DNA of 64,000 nucleotides from a virus: IMG/VR virus record IMGVR_UViG_3300044712_000732, positions 125,776 to 189,775 of that record; one strand, 5' to 3'. Shown piece by piece: positions 9,301 to 19,251 of this stretch (position 1 is its first letter; each line of letters starts with the position of its first letter). The notes under the pieces were generated by a model. It saw only the letters and a program-made list of their open reading frames with translations, ran no database searches and was not told where the DNA came from. The position numbers and the translations under genes were made by a program.

Positions 9301-9444
9301 TTTCTTAATCAAATAATAAATCTTTTTATGTTATATTGTGTTCAAGATTATACAGCTTTATAATTTGATCATCTGTTACCCGATTTGGATCAAATGGTGT
9401 ATCAAAACCATATTTCATCATCAACCACATCTGATCATCATTAG

Positions 9445-9606
9445 TTAAATTATTCCACCAAAGTCACGATAAAATTGCTTATGTCTTTTATATCGCACAA
9501 TTCTCCTTTTTATAATAGGGATTATGTCGTAATAGAATATACCAATTAACAATATTGTAAAAAATATTATTAGCATAATACTAAAAAAATGCATAATTTG
9601 TTCCAT
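9445..9606 (-). CDS. small membrane protein (53 aa), not in ORF track
   Basis: ATG (revcomp) at 9606 directly after the stop of the J-domain gene; hydrophobic core IMLIIFFTILLIGIFYY. Confidence 0.3.
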   Translation of the reverse strand: MEQIMHFFSIMLIIFFTILLIGIFYYDIIPIIKRRIVRYKRHKQFYRDFGGII

Positions 9607-9607
9607 A

Positions 9608-10252
9608 TTATTTAATATATGCTAAACATTTGTTTTTTGCTTCTGTAAGTTCAATGAATTTATCTTGACTACCACCTTTATCAGGATGATATATTTTAGA
9701 TAATTCACGATATTTAGACTGAACATCATCTTTAGTGGCATCAGTAGTCAACCCCAAGAAATCAAATGATTCTCTTGGTACTAAACTATTAAAGAATAAG
9801 GATGCCAAAAAACCGAAATGTGCAAATGGATCAAATCCATCAAATGGATCATTCCATCTTCGATATTCTTCCCGTCTACGTTGATTTTCTTCTTTTTCTC
9901 TACGTCTACGTTCCATTTCTGTTGGAAACAAATCTTCACGCATTTTAACTATAACTGATGCATAAAAATAATTCCAAAGTTTTTCTGGCAATTGACCAGC
10001 AGTTTTTTTATCAATACCATCCCATTTCATTCGAATTGCACGAACAGCATTTTCGAATCCTTTGATATTTTGATAAGAATTTCCAACTTCAAGTAGTGTT
10101 AGAAAATCTTGTGTTAAATCAGCAATAAATTCATTATGCTTAAAATTAACACCATGTAATAAATTGTACTTTTTTTGATAATCTAATGTTTTCATTGTTG
10201 TTGTTTTTAAATGATGACACAAAGATAGTAATAATTTTTTTAATATTACCAA
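9608..10252 (-). CDS. J-domain (DnaJ-like) protein
   Basis: C-terminal J domain with HPD motif: DDVQSKYRELSKIYHPDKGG. Confidence 0.7.
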   Translation of the reverse strand: MVILKKLLLSLCHHLKTTTMKTLDYQKKYNLLHGVNFKHNEFIADLTQDFLTLLEVGNSYQNIKGFENAVRAIRMKWDGIDKKTAGQLPEKLWNYFYASVIVKMREDLFPTEMERRRREKEENQRRREEYRRWNDPFDGFDPFAHFGFLASLFFNSLVPRESFDFLGLTTDATKDDVQSKYRELSKIYHPDKGGSQDKFIELTEAKNKCLAYIK

Positions 10253-10278
10253 AATATTGTAGTTTTTTCAAAAAAAAA

Positions 10279-10304
10279 GGAAGGCTATACAGTTTAAGCC
10301 TTCC
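10279..10304. terminator. bidirectional intrinsic terminator (GGAAGGCT...AGCCTTCC hairpin flanked by A-run and T-run)
   Basis: 8-bp GC-containing stem at 10279-10304 flanked by aaaaaaaa and caaaaatttt. Confidence 0.5.
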
Positions 10305-10558
10305 CAAAAATTTTAAGATATTATTTTATTCAATGATCAATTGAATATGGGTCAATATTCTTAATAAACCCTTACGTTTGATTAGGTTACAAACCTTTAA
10401 AAAAACCGTTTCTCCACTATATTTTTCATTAACGTTGAAAAACATCTCCAAACTAGAACCCAAAAAATCATACGACTGTCAAATTAAGATTATGATCCGA
10501 TTAACGTTGAACGATCTTAATTTATATAATATATAATGAAGTTAAAAAAAAGTTTATT

Positions 10559-10960
10559 TTATTTACAATAATAGCAAAAATTATAACCTGAATTAACCCG
10601 TCTAGTCAAACATTTTTGACACCATTCATTATTTCCTTTGCGCAATTCTATTTCCGATTTAGTTAAAGCAACATTATAATTTTGTTTTCGATTGGTTATT
10701 TTATTTAATTTTGGATTATATTTTTTAATCAAGTCATATTCTAAATCAAGCATATCTGTTTGATTTTCACATATTTTTATTACTTCAAAAATCAAATCCT
10801 TTCCATTAGCTTTATGCCAACGAAATCTATCATTTGGAACTTGGACTGTTGTACCAATATAGACAAGTTCTTTTGTTTTTTTATCAAGACCTTTATAAAT
10901 ATAAAAACCTTTTGAAAAAATAAGATTTTTATTTTTTGCACACAATAAATCAGATTCCAT
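10559..10960 (-). CDS. GIY-YIG endonuclease with C-terminal Cys4 zinc finger
   Basis: GFYIYKG...ELVYIGTT (GIY...YIG), conserved R and E downstream, CQKC...CYYCK at C-terminus. Confidence 0.65.
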   Translation of the reverse strand: MESDLLCAKNKNLIFSKGFYIYKGLDKKTKELVYIGTTVQVPNDRFRWHKANGKDLIFEVIKICENQTDMLDLEYDLIKKYNPKLNKITNRKQNYNVALTKSEIELRKGNNEWCQKCLTRRVNSGYNFCYYCK

Positions 10961-11337
10961 TATCCAAGTTTTCTTAAATAAATTAATTGTAGTGGACTAA
11001 CTTTACCATATTTTTTCAATGTTGCTAATATACTTTTGTAGAATTTTCTGTCATTTACTGATAAACGACTATTTAGATCATATAACTGTTTGAAATGTGT
11101 ATAGCTAACAGAAACCCAATCATCAGGTACTTTGTCCAACTTATTATCTAAATTGTTGTAAATTTTAGTCACAGCACCAAAAGATGCTTGTTTTTTACCA
11201 TTATCTGTCGCAATTTTTATCGCTTTAATCCACAATTCTGGTTCTTCAATATGTCGCATATCCTGCATCATAAAAAATTCTTTTGGATATACAGGTGATT
11301 TTACATTTTCGTTAAATTCAACAAATTTGGTTTTCAT
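10960..11337 (-). CDS. hypothetical protein (125 aa)
   Basis: ORF; stop/start overlap with the GIY-YIG gene. Confidence 0.45.
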   Translation of the reverse strand: MKTKFVEFNENVKSPVYPKEFFMMQDMRHIEEPELWIKAIKIATDNGKKQASFGAVTKIYNNLDNKLDKVPDDWVSVSYTHFKQLYDLNSRLSVNDRKFYKSILATLKKYGKVSPLQLIYLRKLG

Positions 11338-11358
11338 ATACCTATATATATTAAAAAA

Positions 11359-11502
11359 TTATTTAATAAAATCGGATGTGTTTCTATGTTCCCAAAATTT
11401 TCTACATTTAACAGCAGTATTCTTTTTTTCGAGTTTACAGTTCCCATATTCTGCACATTTTCTACACAAGATGATGTATGATGTATTTTTTTCAGTTTTC
11501 AT
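11359..11502 (-). CDS. small Cys-rich protein (47 aa), not in ORF track
   Basis: ATG 8 nt downstream of the MTase stop; CRKC...C...C pattern suggests a zinc ribbon. Confidence 0.25.
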   Translation of the reverse strand: MKTEKNTSYIILCRKCAEYGNCKLEKKNTAVKCRKFWEHRNTSDFIK

Positions 11503-11509
11503 ATACCAA

Positions 11510-12247
11510 TTATTTTAATCTTGTTATAGTTATAATAACACCACCAACACTAGTTCCACTTGTTTTGAATGCACCCCTTGGAATATTTTCGATATTAGCA
11601 TTAACTTCACTTAGCCAATTTCTAAATTCGGTTTCTTTTTTATTATTTGAATTTTTCCAATGTTCAGATGCGATTGATACCAATTTGCCACCACATTTCA
11701 ATAATTCATACATATGTTTTACGTGGTCGATATCTTGATTGGCTGTGAATGGTGGATTTGCTATAATTTTATCATATACAGGTTGATTCGGAATCATTAA
11801 AAAATCTCCAACTTCATGATGAAAACCTTTTTTATTTAGTATTAATGAATTTGCTTCCATCAATTCAATTGCAAGAACTTGACAATCAATATTTTTTCTT
11901 AATATCGCTTCGATTATAGCACCTTGACCTGCACTAGGTTCTAATACAATATCATTTTCTTTTAAATCTGCCAAATTCACTAATTTATCTGCAAGTTCAC
12001 TTGGTGTTTCAAAAAATTGATATTCTTTTTTTAAATTACGTTTTTCACCATTGGATATTTGATTAAGTAAATCAGTAGGATCAGAATTAAACACAAACCC
12101 AAACGTTTTACCACCAACCCATTTACCACCAATCAAATTAAGTGATTTTGCTACATCTTGGTATAATTTTCTTTCGAGTTGAACATTTGGTAATTTAACA
12201 ACATTACCATCAACGGTACATTGAATTAATACTTCTTCTTTTGTCAT
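11510..12247 (-). CDS. N6-adenine (or N4-cytosine) DNA methyltransferase
   Basis: AdoMet motif I VLEPSAGQGAII and catalytic motif IV IIANPPF. Confidence 0.75.
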   Translation of the reverse strand: MTKEEVLIQCTVDGNVVKLPNVQLERKLYQDVAKSLNLIGGKWVGGKTFGFVFNSDPTDLLNQISNGEKRNLKKEYQFFETPSELADKLVNLADLKENDIVLEPSAGQGAIIEAILRKNIDCQVLAIELMEANSLILNKKGFHHEVGDFLMIPNQPVYDKIIANPPFTANQDIDHVKHMYELLKCGGKLVSIASEHWKNSNNKKETEFRNWLSEVNANIENIPRGAFKTSGTSVGGVIITITRLK

Positions 12248-12304
12248 AAAATTGTTGTTTTAAATGATTGTGCAAAGATAGTTAATTTTTTATTAAATAA
12301 CAAA

Positions 12305-12332
12305 AAAAAAGAGGATTTAAATCCCCTTTTTT
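12305..12332 (-). terminator. intrinsic terminator (GGGGATTTAAATCC palindrome followed by T-run on minus strand)
   Basis: Palindromic GC-capped stem with A9 run at 12302-12310 (T-run on minus strand). Confidence 0.5.
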
Positions 12333-13902
12333 AATCTAATGTTGTGTATTCAAACCCATCTTTGGTTTTAAAGAATACTATATGTTGAAATTTGCCTAAT
12401 TTATTTATAATTCCGTGTGCATTAATCCAAGTAGTTAAACCCTTATTATAATTTAATCGTAATTGTGTAGATGTTCCAACACAACAACTTCCAGAAACCC
12501 TAGAAATTGCGTGTGTGTGTCCAACCACATTTTTAACCGACAATTTTGAAAATTGATTCATTCCACCACGACTGCCAGATGCACCTAAATTTCCATGCAT
12601 TGAACACAAATATCCATTAACAACAATATTATCATTATATGTTAAACAATGAAAATTTGGATATTTTTTATTAATAACATAAGGTACGATACCATTTGGT
12701 GCTTCACCTTTTAATATAACACTAGCATATTCCATATAAGGAATTGCATTTTTTAGTGAATTCATTTTTCTCCAATCAGTTTCACGCAAAAATCTATCAA
12801 CATGTTCATCATGATTTGATTTCACTATATAAACATCATAATCTTTTATTTGTGATAACCATTCTAACATTTCATCCAATTCTTTTTGAAGCGAATTTGA
12901 TCCGTTCATTTCCATTTCGTGTTGTAAAAATGGATCATTTGTGTTATGATGTGTTATAGAATATGAATCCATTATATCATGAATAAACAATGTTTTTGGA
13001 TATAATTTTTGACATAAATCATTTAATGTTTTATCAATAATTTCAGTATTTACACATTTTGTATGAATATCACCCATTATCAACGCATCAACAGTTTCAA
13101 TTCTTTTAACAACACCATTATTTACATGATAAAACAAATCAATAAATTCGCCAGTATCTTTTGCGCTTACTTGTCTAAAGAAATAAGTATCTTCATCTTT
13201 TATTTCAACAATAGCAAACCCACTCGAAAAATGAAATTCCCCTTTTTTACCAGCCTTTGTATCAGAAAAATTTTGTTTTGTAACTGCACCAGTAGTAAAC
13301 ATTAACTTTGGTTTATATTCATTTATAACTGGAACTGTTTTTAATTCTATTTTTGGATGTCCAACAACACAAGAATAATCACCTGTCATACCTTCAAGTC
13401 CCATTAATGGTGAATAAGCTGTTGGTTGTATTTTAACATCACCTAGTACTTGTATTGATTTATTTAAGTTGTGCCTATTTAACGTTAAATGTGGTACAAT
13501 TTTTTCATCCCACCAATCATTATCAGTATTTGTATTTATACTTGTTGGGTTGTGATAACGAAAAGGAATTACCAAAATTTCAGCATCAAGAACATCTTTA
13601 TATGATAACATATTATTCCATAACCCAATATTTACACTTGTTGCATTTTGTGCAGAAGTAATAAAATAATATTTTTTTGATTTATCGTGTTGTTTTAATT
13701 TTGCAAGTTTTATTTGTTCAGGTATAATAATTACTTTTTCTTTTATTCCTAATTTTTCTGAACACCATCTTCTAAGTGTTCTTTCGGATTTATTTGTAAA
13801 ATCCATAAGTATTTTCATCCTATCATCCCAAGTTTTTGTTCTATCCCAATATATACTACGAATTTTTTCAATATCTTCATCTTTTAGGTCTTTAAATTTC
13901 AT
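12331..13902 (-). CDS. calcineurin-like metallophosphoesterase domain protein (523 aa) with ~260-aa N-terminal extension
   Basis: Ordered motifs GDIH, IHDIMD (GDxxD-like), SNHDE (GNHE-like), MHGN and GHTHA in the C-terminal half. Confidence 0.55.
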   Translation of the reverse strand: MKFKDLKDEDIEKIRSIYWDRTKTWDDRMKILMDFTNKSERTLRRWCSEKLGIKEKVIIIPEQIKLAKLKQHDKSKKYYFITSAQNATSVNIGLWNNMLSYKDVLDAEILVIPFRYHNPTSINTNTDNDWWDEKIVPHLTLNRHNLNKSIQVLGDVKIQPTAYSPLMGLEGMTGDYSCVVGHPKIELKTVPVINEYKPKLMFTTGAVTKQNFSDTKAGKKGEFHFSSGFAIVEIKDEDTYFFRQVSAKDTGEFIDLFYHVNNGVVKRIETVDALIMGDIHTKCVNTEIIDKTLNDLCQKLYPKTLFIHDIMDSYSITHHNTNDPFLQHEMEMNGSNSLQKELDEMLEWLSQIKDYDVYIVKSNHDEHVDRFLRETDWRKMNSLKNAIPYMEYASVILKGEAPNGIVPYVINKKYPNFHCLTYNDNIVVNGYLCSMHGNLGASGSRGGMNQFSKLSVKNVVGHTHAISRVSGSCCVGTSTQLRLNYNKGLTTWINAHGIINKLGKFQHIVFFKTKDGFEYTTLD

Positions 13903-13957
13903 ATTTAAATTTTTTTTTTTCTTATATAATATATTTTAAATTATTTGTTTAATAATA

Positions 13958-14392
13958 TTATGTTAATTGTTGCTTATGATTCATCAACTTATAAAAATCA
14001 TATTCAAAAATCATATTTTTTGGTATTGAAAAAGTTGAAAACATGTCAGCCATTTCTTGACACGAATAATTATTTAAATTATCACCAGTACCAGAATATG
14101 CTACAATAAATAGAAATTTTAATCCATTTTCACTTTCAGCATATTCATATAATTCTTTAATTTGTTTAATTATAAAATCTTTTGAAATTGATGGATGTAT
14201 TTTTTTTGTTAAATCTTTTGTTATAATTGCATAAGAATTACCTTGTAATCCTGATGCTTGCCCGTAAATTGCCCCACATCTTAATCTTGCAAACAAAGCG
14301 GATCCTTTCCCGTGGCGACCTTGATTATTAGATCCAAATACAAAAATTTGATTTGGTTTAATATTTTTTATTTTTCCTTTATAAACTAACAT
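13958..14392 (-). CDS. SLOG-like Rossmann-fold protein (GSNxxGxHGxG family)
   Basis: IFVFGSNNQGRHGKGSALFA...GAIYGQASGLQGNSYAI glycine-rich pattern. Confidence 0.35.
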   Translation of the reverse strand: MLVYKGKIKNIKPNQIFVFGSNNQGRHGKGSALFARLRCGAIYGQASGLQGNSYAIITKDLTKKIHPSISKDFIIKQIKELYEYAESENGLKFLFIVAYSGTGDNLNNYSCQEMADMFSTFSIPKNMIFEYDFYKLMNHKQQLT

Positions 14393-14457
14393 AATATTAT
14401 TTAATTCAATATTTTAAAAAAGTTTAACATTTATTGTACGATATTTAAAAACTTTTT

Positions 14458-14465
14458 TATATTTG
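14458..14465 (+). promoter_or_regulatory. TAnnTTTG -7 element (TATATTTG)
   Basis: 47 nt upstream of ATG at 14513. Confidence 0.45.
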
Positions 14466-14512
14466 TCCACTAATATAGAATATTAATAATTTAAAAATTC
14501 AAAATAAACAAT

Positions 14513-15658
14513 ATGAGTGAAAATCAAGAAAATATAAATTCTGAAAAAACATATAATAAGTTTTCTGTGAGATATATGTATACTAAAGATGAGTGTTATC
14601 AGGAATCATTAAATTATAATTCCCGAATTGAATTCGCTAGGGAGTCAAAAAGTATTTATAAGTGTGCAGAATTGAATTGTTGGTTAAATGATTTTCCACA
14701 TTTAAGAACAAAAGATACCCCAGTAAAAACAAGATATACTAAGTTTGAATGTTATAATATGTCATTGAAATGTAAAAACACAAGAGAATTTAAAGCTAAA
14801 TATAAATTTTATTACATGTGTTCAGCATTAAATGGTTGGTTGGATGAATTTAAATTAAACCAAAAAACTAAAACTAAAGAAAAATTAACAAAAGCACAAT
14901 GTAAAAGATCAGCAAAAAATTATACTACCCGAAGTGAATTTGCAGCTAAAGGAAAAAAATATTATGAATTTGCTACTAAAAATGGATGGATAAAAGAAAT
15001 ATGTTCACATATGATTGAATCTGAACACGATAAAAATTATTGGACAAAAGAAAATTGTAATAGTGAAGCCTTGATATATAAAACTAGAAAAGATTTTGAA
15101 CTTGGGAATCCATCAGCTTATACACAATCAAAATTAAAGGGTTGGTTGGATGATATTTGTTCACATATGGAAATAGAAATTAAAGATGAATTTTGGACAA
15201 AACAACGTTGTCAAATTGAAGCTGCAAAATATCCGAAAAAAAGTCATTTTTCTTATTATTCAGAACCAGCATATAGAATAGCAAGTCAAAATGGATGGTT
15301 AGATGATATATGTAAACATATGTTAGATGATGATAATGAAAGATTTTTAAAACTAACAGAAAAAGAAATATGTTTCAATGAAGCTTTGAAATATTCTACA
15401 ATGAAAGACTTTTTTGAAAATTCTCCTGAAAAATTTGAAAAATGTAGAATAAATAAATGGTTTTATGAAGCATGTAAACATATGCCATCACAAACTTTAC
15501 CTGTTGATTATTGGACATATGAAAGATGTGCAATTGAAGCAAAAAAATATAAAACAATAAGAGATTTTAGATATCACGCTAAAGGTGCATACAATAAAAT
15601 ATTAGAATTCAAATGGAAAGAATTAGATCAGCATTTAAGAAATGATATTTCAATATGA
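14513..15658 (+). CDS. internal-repeat protein: about seven ~40-aa repeats of the form (W)TKExCxxEAxKYxTRxDFxxxxxxAYxxAxxNGWLDDICxHM
   Basis: Manual alignment of repeat units within the translation. Confidence 0.55.
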   Translation: MSENQENINSEKTYNKFSVRYMYTKDECYQESLNYNSRIEFARESKSIYKCAELNCWLNDFPHLRTKDTPVKTRYTKFECYNMSLKCKNTREFKAKYKFYYMCSALNGWLDEFKLNQKTKTKEKLTKAQCKRSAKNYTTRSEFAAKGKKYYEFATKNGWIKEICSHMIESEHDKNYWTKENCNSEALIYKTRKDFELGNPSAYTQSKLKGWLDDICSHMEIEIKDEFWTKQRCQIEAAKYPKKSHFSYYSEPAYRIASQNGWLDDICKHMLDDDNERFLKLTEKEICFNEALKYSTMKDFFENSPEKFEKCRINKWFYEACKHMPSQTLPVDYWTYERCAIEAKKYKTIRDFRYHAKGAYNKILEFKWKELDQHLRNDISI

Positions 15659-16821
15659 CAGAAGAATTAGATAAAAGTTATATTAAGTCGGTTATTCAAC
15701 TGATTTTAAATAAAGTTCACGTTGAACCACAGAAAAGAAACATTAAAGAATTTTCTGATAGATTTAATTTTGCTTGTCCAATATGTGGTGATAGTCATAA
15801 AAATATAAATGCAAAACGTGGAAATATGTATTTCAATACGATGCATTATGTCTGTTTTAATGAAAAATGTGGTAGGTCATTTATAAAACTATTAAAAACA
15901 TTTGAAGTTGATATTGATCTTCAAAAGAAAATGGATATATATAATTATATTGATAATAATGTACATTGGAATAAAAAAGAAGATAATTATGTCTTGCAAC
16001 GTCTTGATAAATTAATTGACATTGATTTTCTTATTGAAACTTTAAATAATAATCCATCATCGCAATTTTCAAAATTTGGACCAATTAAAACCAATTCAGC
16101 AGCATATCAATATTTGAAATTTGAACGGTTAATTGATAACTTTGAAAATATATATGAAGCTGAATATACAGTAACACCTAAATGGAAAGAAAAAGTAATC
16201 GTCATTCTTAATAAAAGTGGTAATAAGGTACTTGGATTACAAATACGTAACTTAAAATCTGGTGATAAAAGATGGTTTAAAATTTTTAATTTTGAAAAAC
16301 TTCATAATATGGTTCATCCCGAAGATCCACTTGATGAACTTGAAGCATTATCTTATAATAAAATATCAAATTTTTATAATATATTAAATGTTGATTGGGA
16401 TAAACCAGTAACTATATTTGAAGCTTATTTAGATTCAACATTTTTTCCCAACGCAATAGGTGCTATTGGACTAAATAGTATTAATGATATGGGGTTTTTA
16501 TTAAGTGACGATCTTGATACCCGTTTTTTCTTTGATCAAGATGAAGTTGGAATAAAAAATTCAATAGTGATGTTAGACAAAGGTTATAAAGTATTTTTGT
16601 GGCAAAAATTGAATGTTGATTTTTTAAAAAATAAAGTTGATAAATATCAAGCAGAAAAAATATTATTAAAAATAAAAGATTTAAATAAATTGGTACAGGA
16701 TATGAAAAATACTGACCCTTATAATAAATTAAAATTAGATAAATATTTTTCAAATGACACATTTGATAAAATATATTTGGATTTTACAAAATACCCAAAA
16801 AATTCAAAATCTAAAAATTAA
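15655..16821 (+). CDS. hypothetical protein with N-terminal CxxC...CxxC zinc ribbon (possibly primase-like zinc-binding domain)
   Basis: FACPICGDSHKN...HYVCFNEKCG resembles the T7 gp4-type zinc-binding domain spacing; rest unassigned. Confidence 0.35.
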   Translation: MTEELDKSYIKSVIQLILNKVHVEPQKRNIKEFSDRFNFACPICGDSHKNINAKRGNMYFNTMHYVCFNEKCGRSFIKLLKTFEVDIDLQKKMDIYNYIDNNVHWNKKEDNYVLQRLDKLIDIDFLIETLNNNPSSQFSKFGPIKTNSAAYQYLKFERLIDNFENIYEAEYTVTPKWKEKVIVILNKSGNKVLGLQIRNLKSGDKRWFKIFNFEKLHNMVHPEDPLDELEALSYNKISNFYNILNVDWDKPVTIFEAYLDSTFFPNAIGAIGLNSINDMGFLLSDDLDTRFFFDQDEVGIKNSIVMLDKGYKVFLWQKLNVDFLKNKVDKYQAEKILLKIKDLNKLVQDMKNTDPYNKLKLDKYFSNDTFDKIYLDFTKYPKNSKSKN

Positions 16822-17699
16822 TTTTCTTCGAAATATGAAAATTTGTGTAATTTTTTAATAAAAATTTGACCTTGCTTGCGTATATAAGCTTCCACTTTTT
16901 TAATATTCTTATTATCAAAATATTTTCCAATATTATTTTTTTCTGTTTTAGATAATTCATCAAAATTAAAATTAAAATTACACATATCTTTATAATACTT
17001 AAGTGGATATTTATTTTCTTCTTCTTTTATTGTATTTAATAAATTTTTGGATTTTTTCACTTTAAGATAAAATTCGTGTAATCTTGCGGATAATTCATCT
17101 TCGTTTGCCAAGTAACAATAAACTAAAAATTTTTTATATGATTCAGAACCATCGGTTGTTGAAGTTAAATCAGTAATTGATGCGATACTACCAAATCTAA
17201 CTTCATGTATAAATAAGTCAACAATATCACCCTTAAAAATGCGTTTAGTATCATCTGAAAAAAATTCATTTCGACTACGAGAATATAATATCTTACTTTT
17301 AATAGTTCTATCTACTAAATGTTTAATTTCGTGAGTTAATAGTTCTTTAGTATCATATTCTTTATTTTCAATACCCAACATTATATCAACATAATATTTA
17401 TTTCTTTTGTTTTTTTGTTTTTTTGGTATAATATTAACTGAAGCTATTGCTCGATTATAATATATACTAACTATAATATTACTTATAAAAACTAATTCTG
17501 TATTTTTTAATTGCCATGATCCATTAATATAAACTTCATTGGGCTTTAAAATATTTATATTAAATTCTGAAATATCAACAATTGTTTGGGTTTCTTTTTT
17601 ATCAATCGCATCTTCAATTTGTTTCCACATTTTTTCGACAATTTCAAGTGTTAATTTATTTACACCCAATTTTTCAAATATTTTAAAAGTTGTTATCAT
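16818..17699 (-). CDS. hypothetical protein (293 aa)
   Basis: ORF; 4-nt overlap with the downstream gene. Confidence 0.5.
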   Translation of the reverse strand: MITTFKIFEKLGVNKLTLEIVEKMWKQIEDAIDKKETQTIVDISEFNINILKPNEVYINGSWQLKNTELVFISNIIVSIYYNRAIASVNIIPKKQKNKRNKYYVDIMLGIENKEYDTKELLTHEIKHLVDRTIKSKILYSRSRNEFFSDDTKRIFKGDIVDLFIHEVRFGSIASITDLTSTTDGSESYKKFLVYCYLANEDELSARLHEFYLKVKKSKNLLNTIKEEENKYPLKYYKDMCNFNFNFDELSKTEKNNIGKYFDNKNIKKVEAYIRKQGQIFIKKLHKFSYFEEN

Positions 17700-19219
17700 A
17701 ATTCAATAATTTTGATTTTTTTCTTTTTACACAATGAAATCAATTTTTCTTTATTTTCTTGGTCTGATTCAGATACTTTAAGATAGTTATCAGTTAATCT
17801 GATTTCTTTAATGTAATTTATTGGTATTTTATTTGCATGAATTTGAATTTCCGAATATAAATTATAAAATCTATCCCCTTCGATAAATACTTTACCTTTA
17901 CTTGTTTCAAAAACACGACCATCATTTTTATGATTTAAATTTTCTAAAATTGTTTTTGATTCATATTTATATTCTGGATAAAATTTTTCTTTTACTAAAT
18001 TTGAATAAATTTTTTTTAATTCTTTTTTCTTATATATTGTATCCACATTTTCTGCCACACTATCCAATAATGTAAAAGTCACTTTAAATTTTTCATAAAT
18101 AGATGGTTTAAAATATATCATAACCGAACCATGACCAGTTTCATATCCACCATCATTAAACCAATCCGGAATACAAAATATCAAATCTTCTGTTCCAAAT
18201 TTTTCAAGTTCAATTTCTTTTCTTTCATTCCACCAAGTTTCATTTTCATCTATAATTTGAATTTCTTTTTTTAATTCATTTCTACTCATCAAAAATCCTT
18301 TTTCAAGTATTGATATTACGGATTCATATGATGATAAGTGTCTAGCAAATGGATATTCATCATTTTCAGCATCATTTTCAGCATCATTTTCAGCATCATT
18401 TTCAGCATCATTTTCAGCATCATTTTCAGCATCATTTTCAGCATCATTTTCAGCATCATTAAATAATATACCAATTCCTTGTATTTGATTATTATTAGTT
18501 TGATATGTAAATTCTTTATATATTTTACCTTCTTTAATTTCATTCCAAAATTTAACAACACCTGGACAAGTTGAATCGTTAATGTCATGAAACATAACGA
18601 TTTTAGCATATTTACCCAAATTTTCATAATCGGTAGATACACCTTCATATGAATGATCAGCATCAATAAATATAAAATCATATTTTTGACCTTTAAAATC
18701 TTCACTTGTTCCTATATGTAAATTAATGTATTGTTTTATATCTTCAGTTAATCCTTTATCTGAAATATCAACACCAATAGATTTTAAATTTGGATTTTTG
18801 AGTTTTAAAATATTATCAATTAATATATGGGTTCCACCTTTAAATATACCCACCTCAACATATGTATTTATATCATATTTCAACAATTCTAATAAAGCAT
18901 CAGCTATTTGTTTTGGGGTTTGAAACATAGCTTCTTCGTTTCTATCATAAACCATATATTGATTCCATTCACCATAACCATCTCTATCTTCTACACATAA
19001 ACCATAATCGCAAACTAAATTTATAATATCAACTTCTTTAATATCGGTCGCATTTAATTTAGAAATACTTTCAATTAATTTTTTATTTTTACTAAATTTG
19101 TTATCTTCAAATATATTTATATTTTTGTGCGTGAAATCACTAAACCGTTTAATCATAATCAAAAAATCTATTTTACATATATATAAAAAAATTAAACAAC
19201 ATTCTAATAAAAAAAACAT
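17696..19219 (-). CDS. class I SAM-dependent methyltransferase-fold protein with internal (NDAE)n acidic repeat and C-terminal domain of unknown function
   Basis: VEVGIFKGGTHILI...DISD...YDFIFIDADHSYEG (motifs I/II/post-II), then NDAENDAEN x8. Confidence 0.55.
   Translation of the reverse strand: MFFLLECCLIFLYICKIDFLIMIKRFSDFTHKNINIFEDNKFSKNKKLIESISKLNATDIKEVDIINLVCDYGLCVEDRDGYGEWNQYMVYDRNEEAMFQTPKQIADALLELLKYDINTYVEVGIFKGGTHILIDNILKLKNPNLKSIGVDISDKGLTEDIKQYINLHIGTSEDFKGQKYDFIFIDADHSYEGVSTDYENLGKYAKIVMFHDINDSTCPGVVKFWNEIKEGKIYKEFTYQTNNNQIQGIGILFNDAENDAENDAENDAENDAENDAENDAENDAENDEYPFARHLSSYESVISILEKGFLMSRNELKKEIQIIDENETWWNERKEIELEKFGTEDLIFCIPDWFNDGGYETGHGSVMIYFKPSIYEKFKVTFTLLDSVAENVDTIYKKKELKKIYSNLVKEKFYPEYKYESKTILENLNHKNDGRVFETSKGKVFIEGDRFYNLYSEIQIHANKIPINYIKEIRLTDNYLKVSESDQENKEKLISLCKKKKIKIIEL
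18355..18462. repeat. 12-nt tandem repeat (gcatcattttca) x ~8.5 encoding (DAEN)n
   Basis: Perfect tandem copies in sequence, in-frame within gene 17696-19219. Confidence 0.9.
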
Positions 19220-19251
19220 ATATAAAACTGTACAATAAATAAAAAATATTA

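Noticed and set aside
9300-9445. Possible frameshifted gene remnant between the terminator at 9279-9300 and the small membrane ORF (short ORFs MWLMMKYGFDTPFDPNRVTDDQIIKLYNLEHNIT and MMIRCG on the minus strand)
   Set aside because: Fragments are below 35 aa in different frames with no recognisable motif. Not enough evidence for a pseudogene call.
18316-18705. Minus-strand ORF 18316-18705 with (MLKM)n
   Set aside because: Alternative frame of the DAEN 12-nt repeat inside the larger, motif-supported gene 17696-19219.
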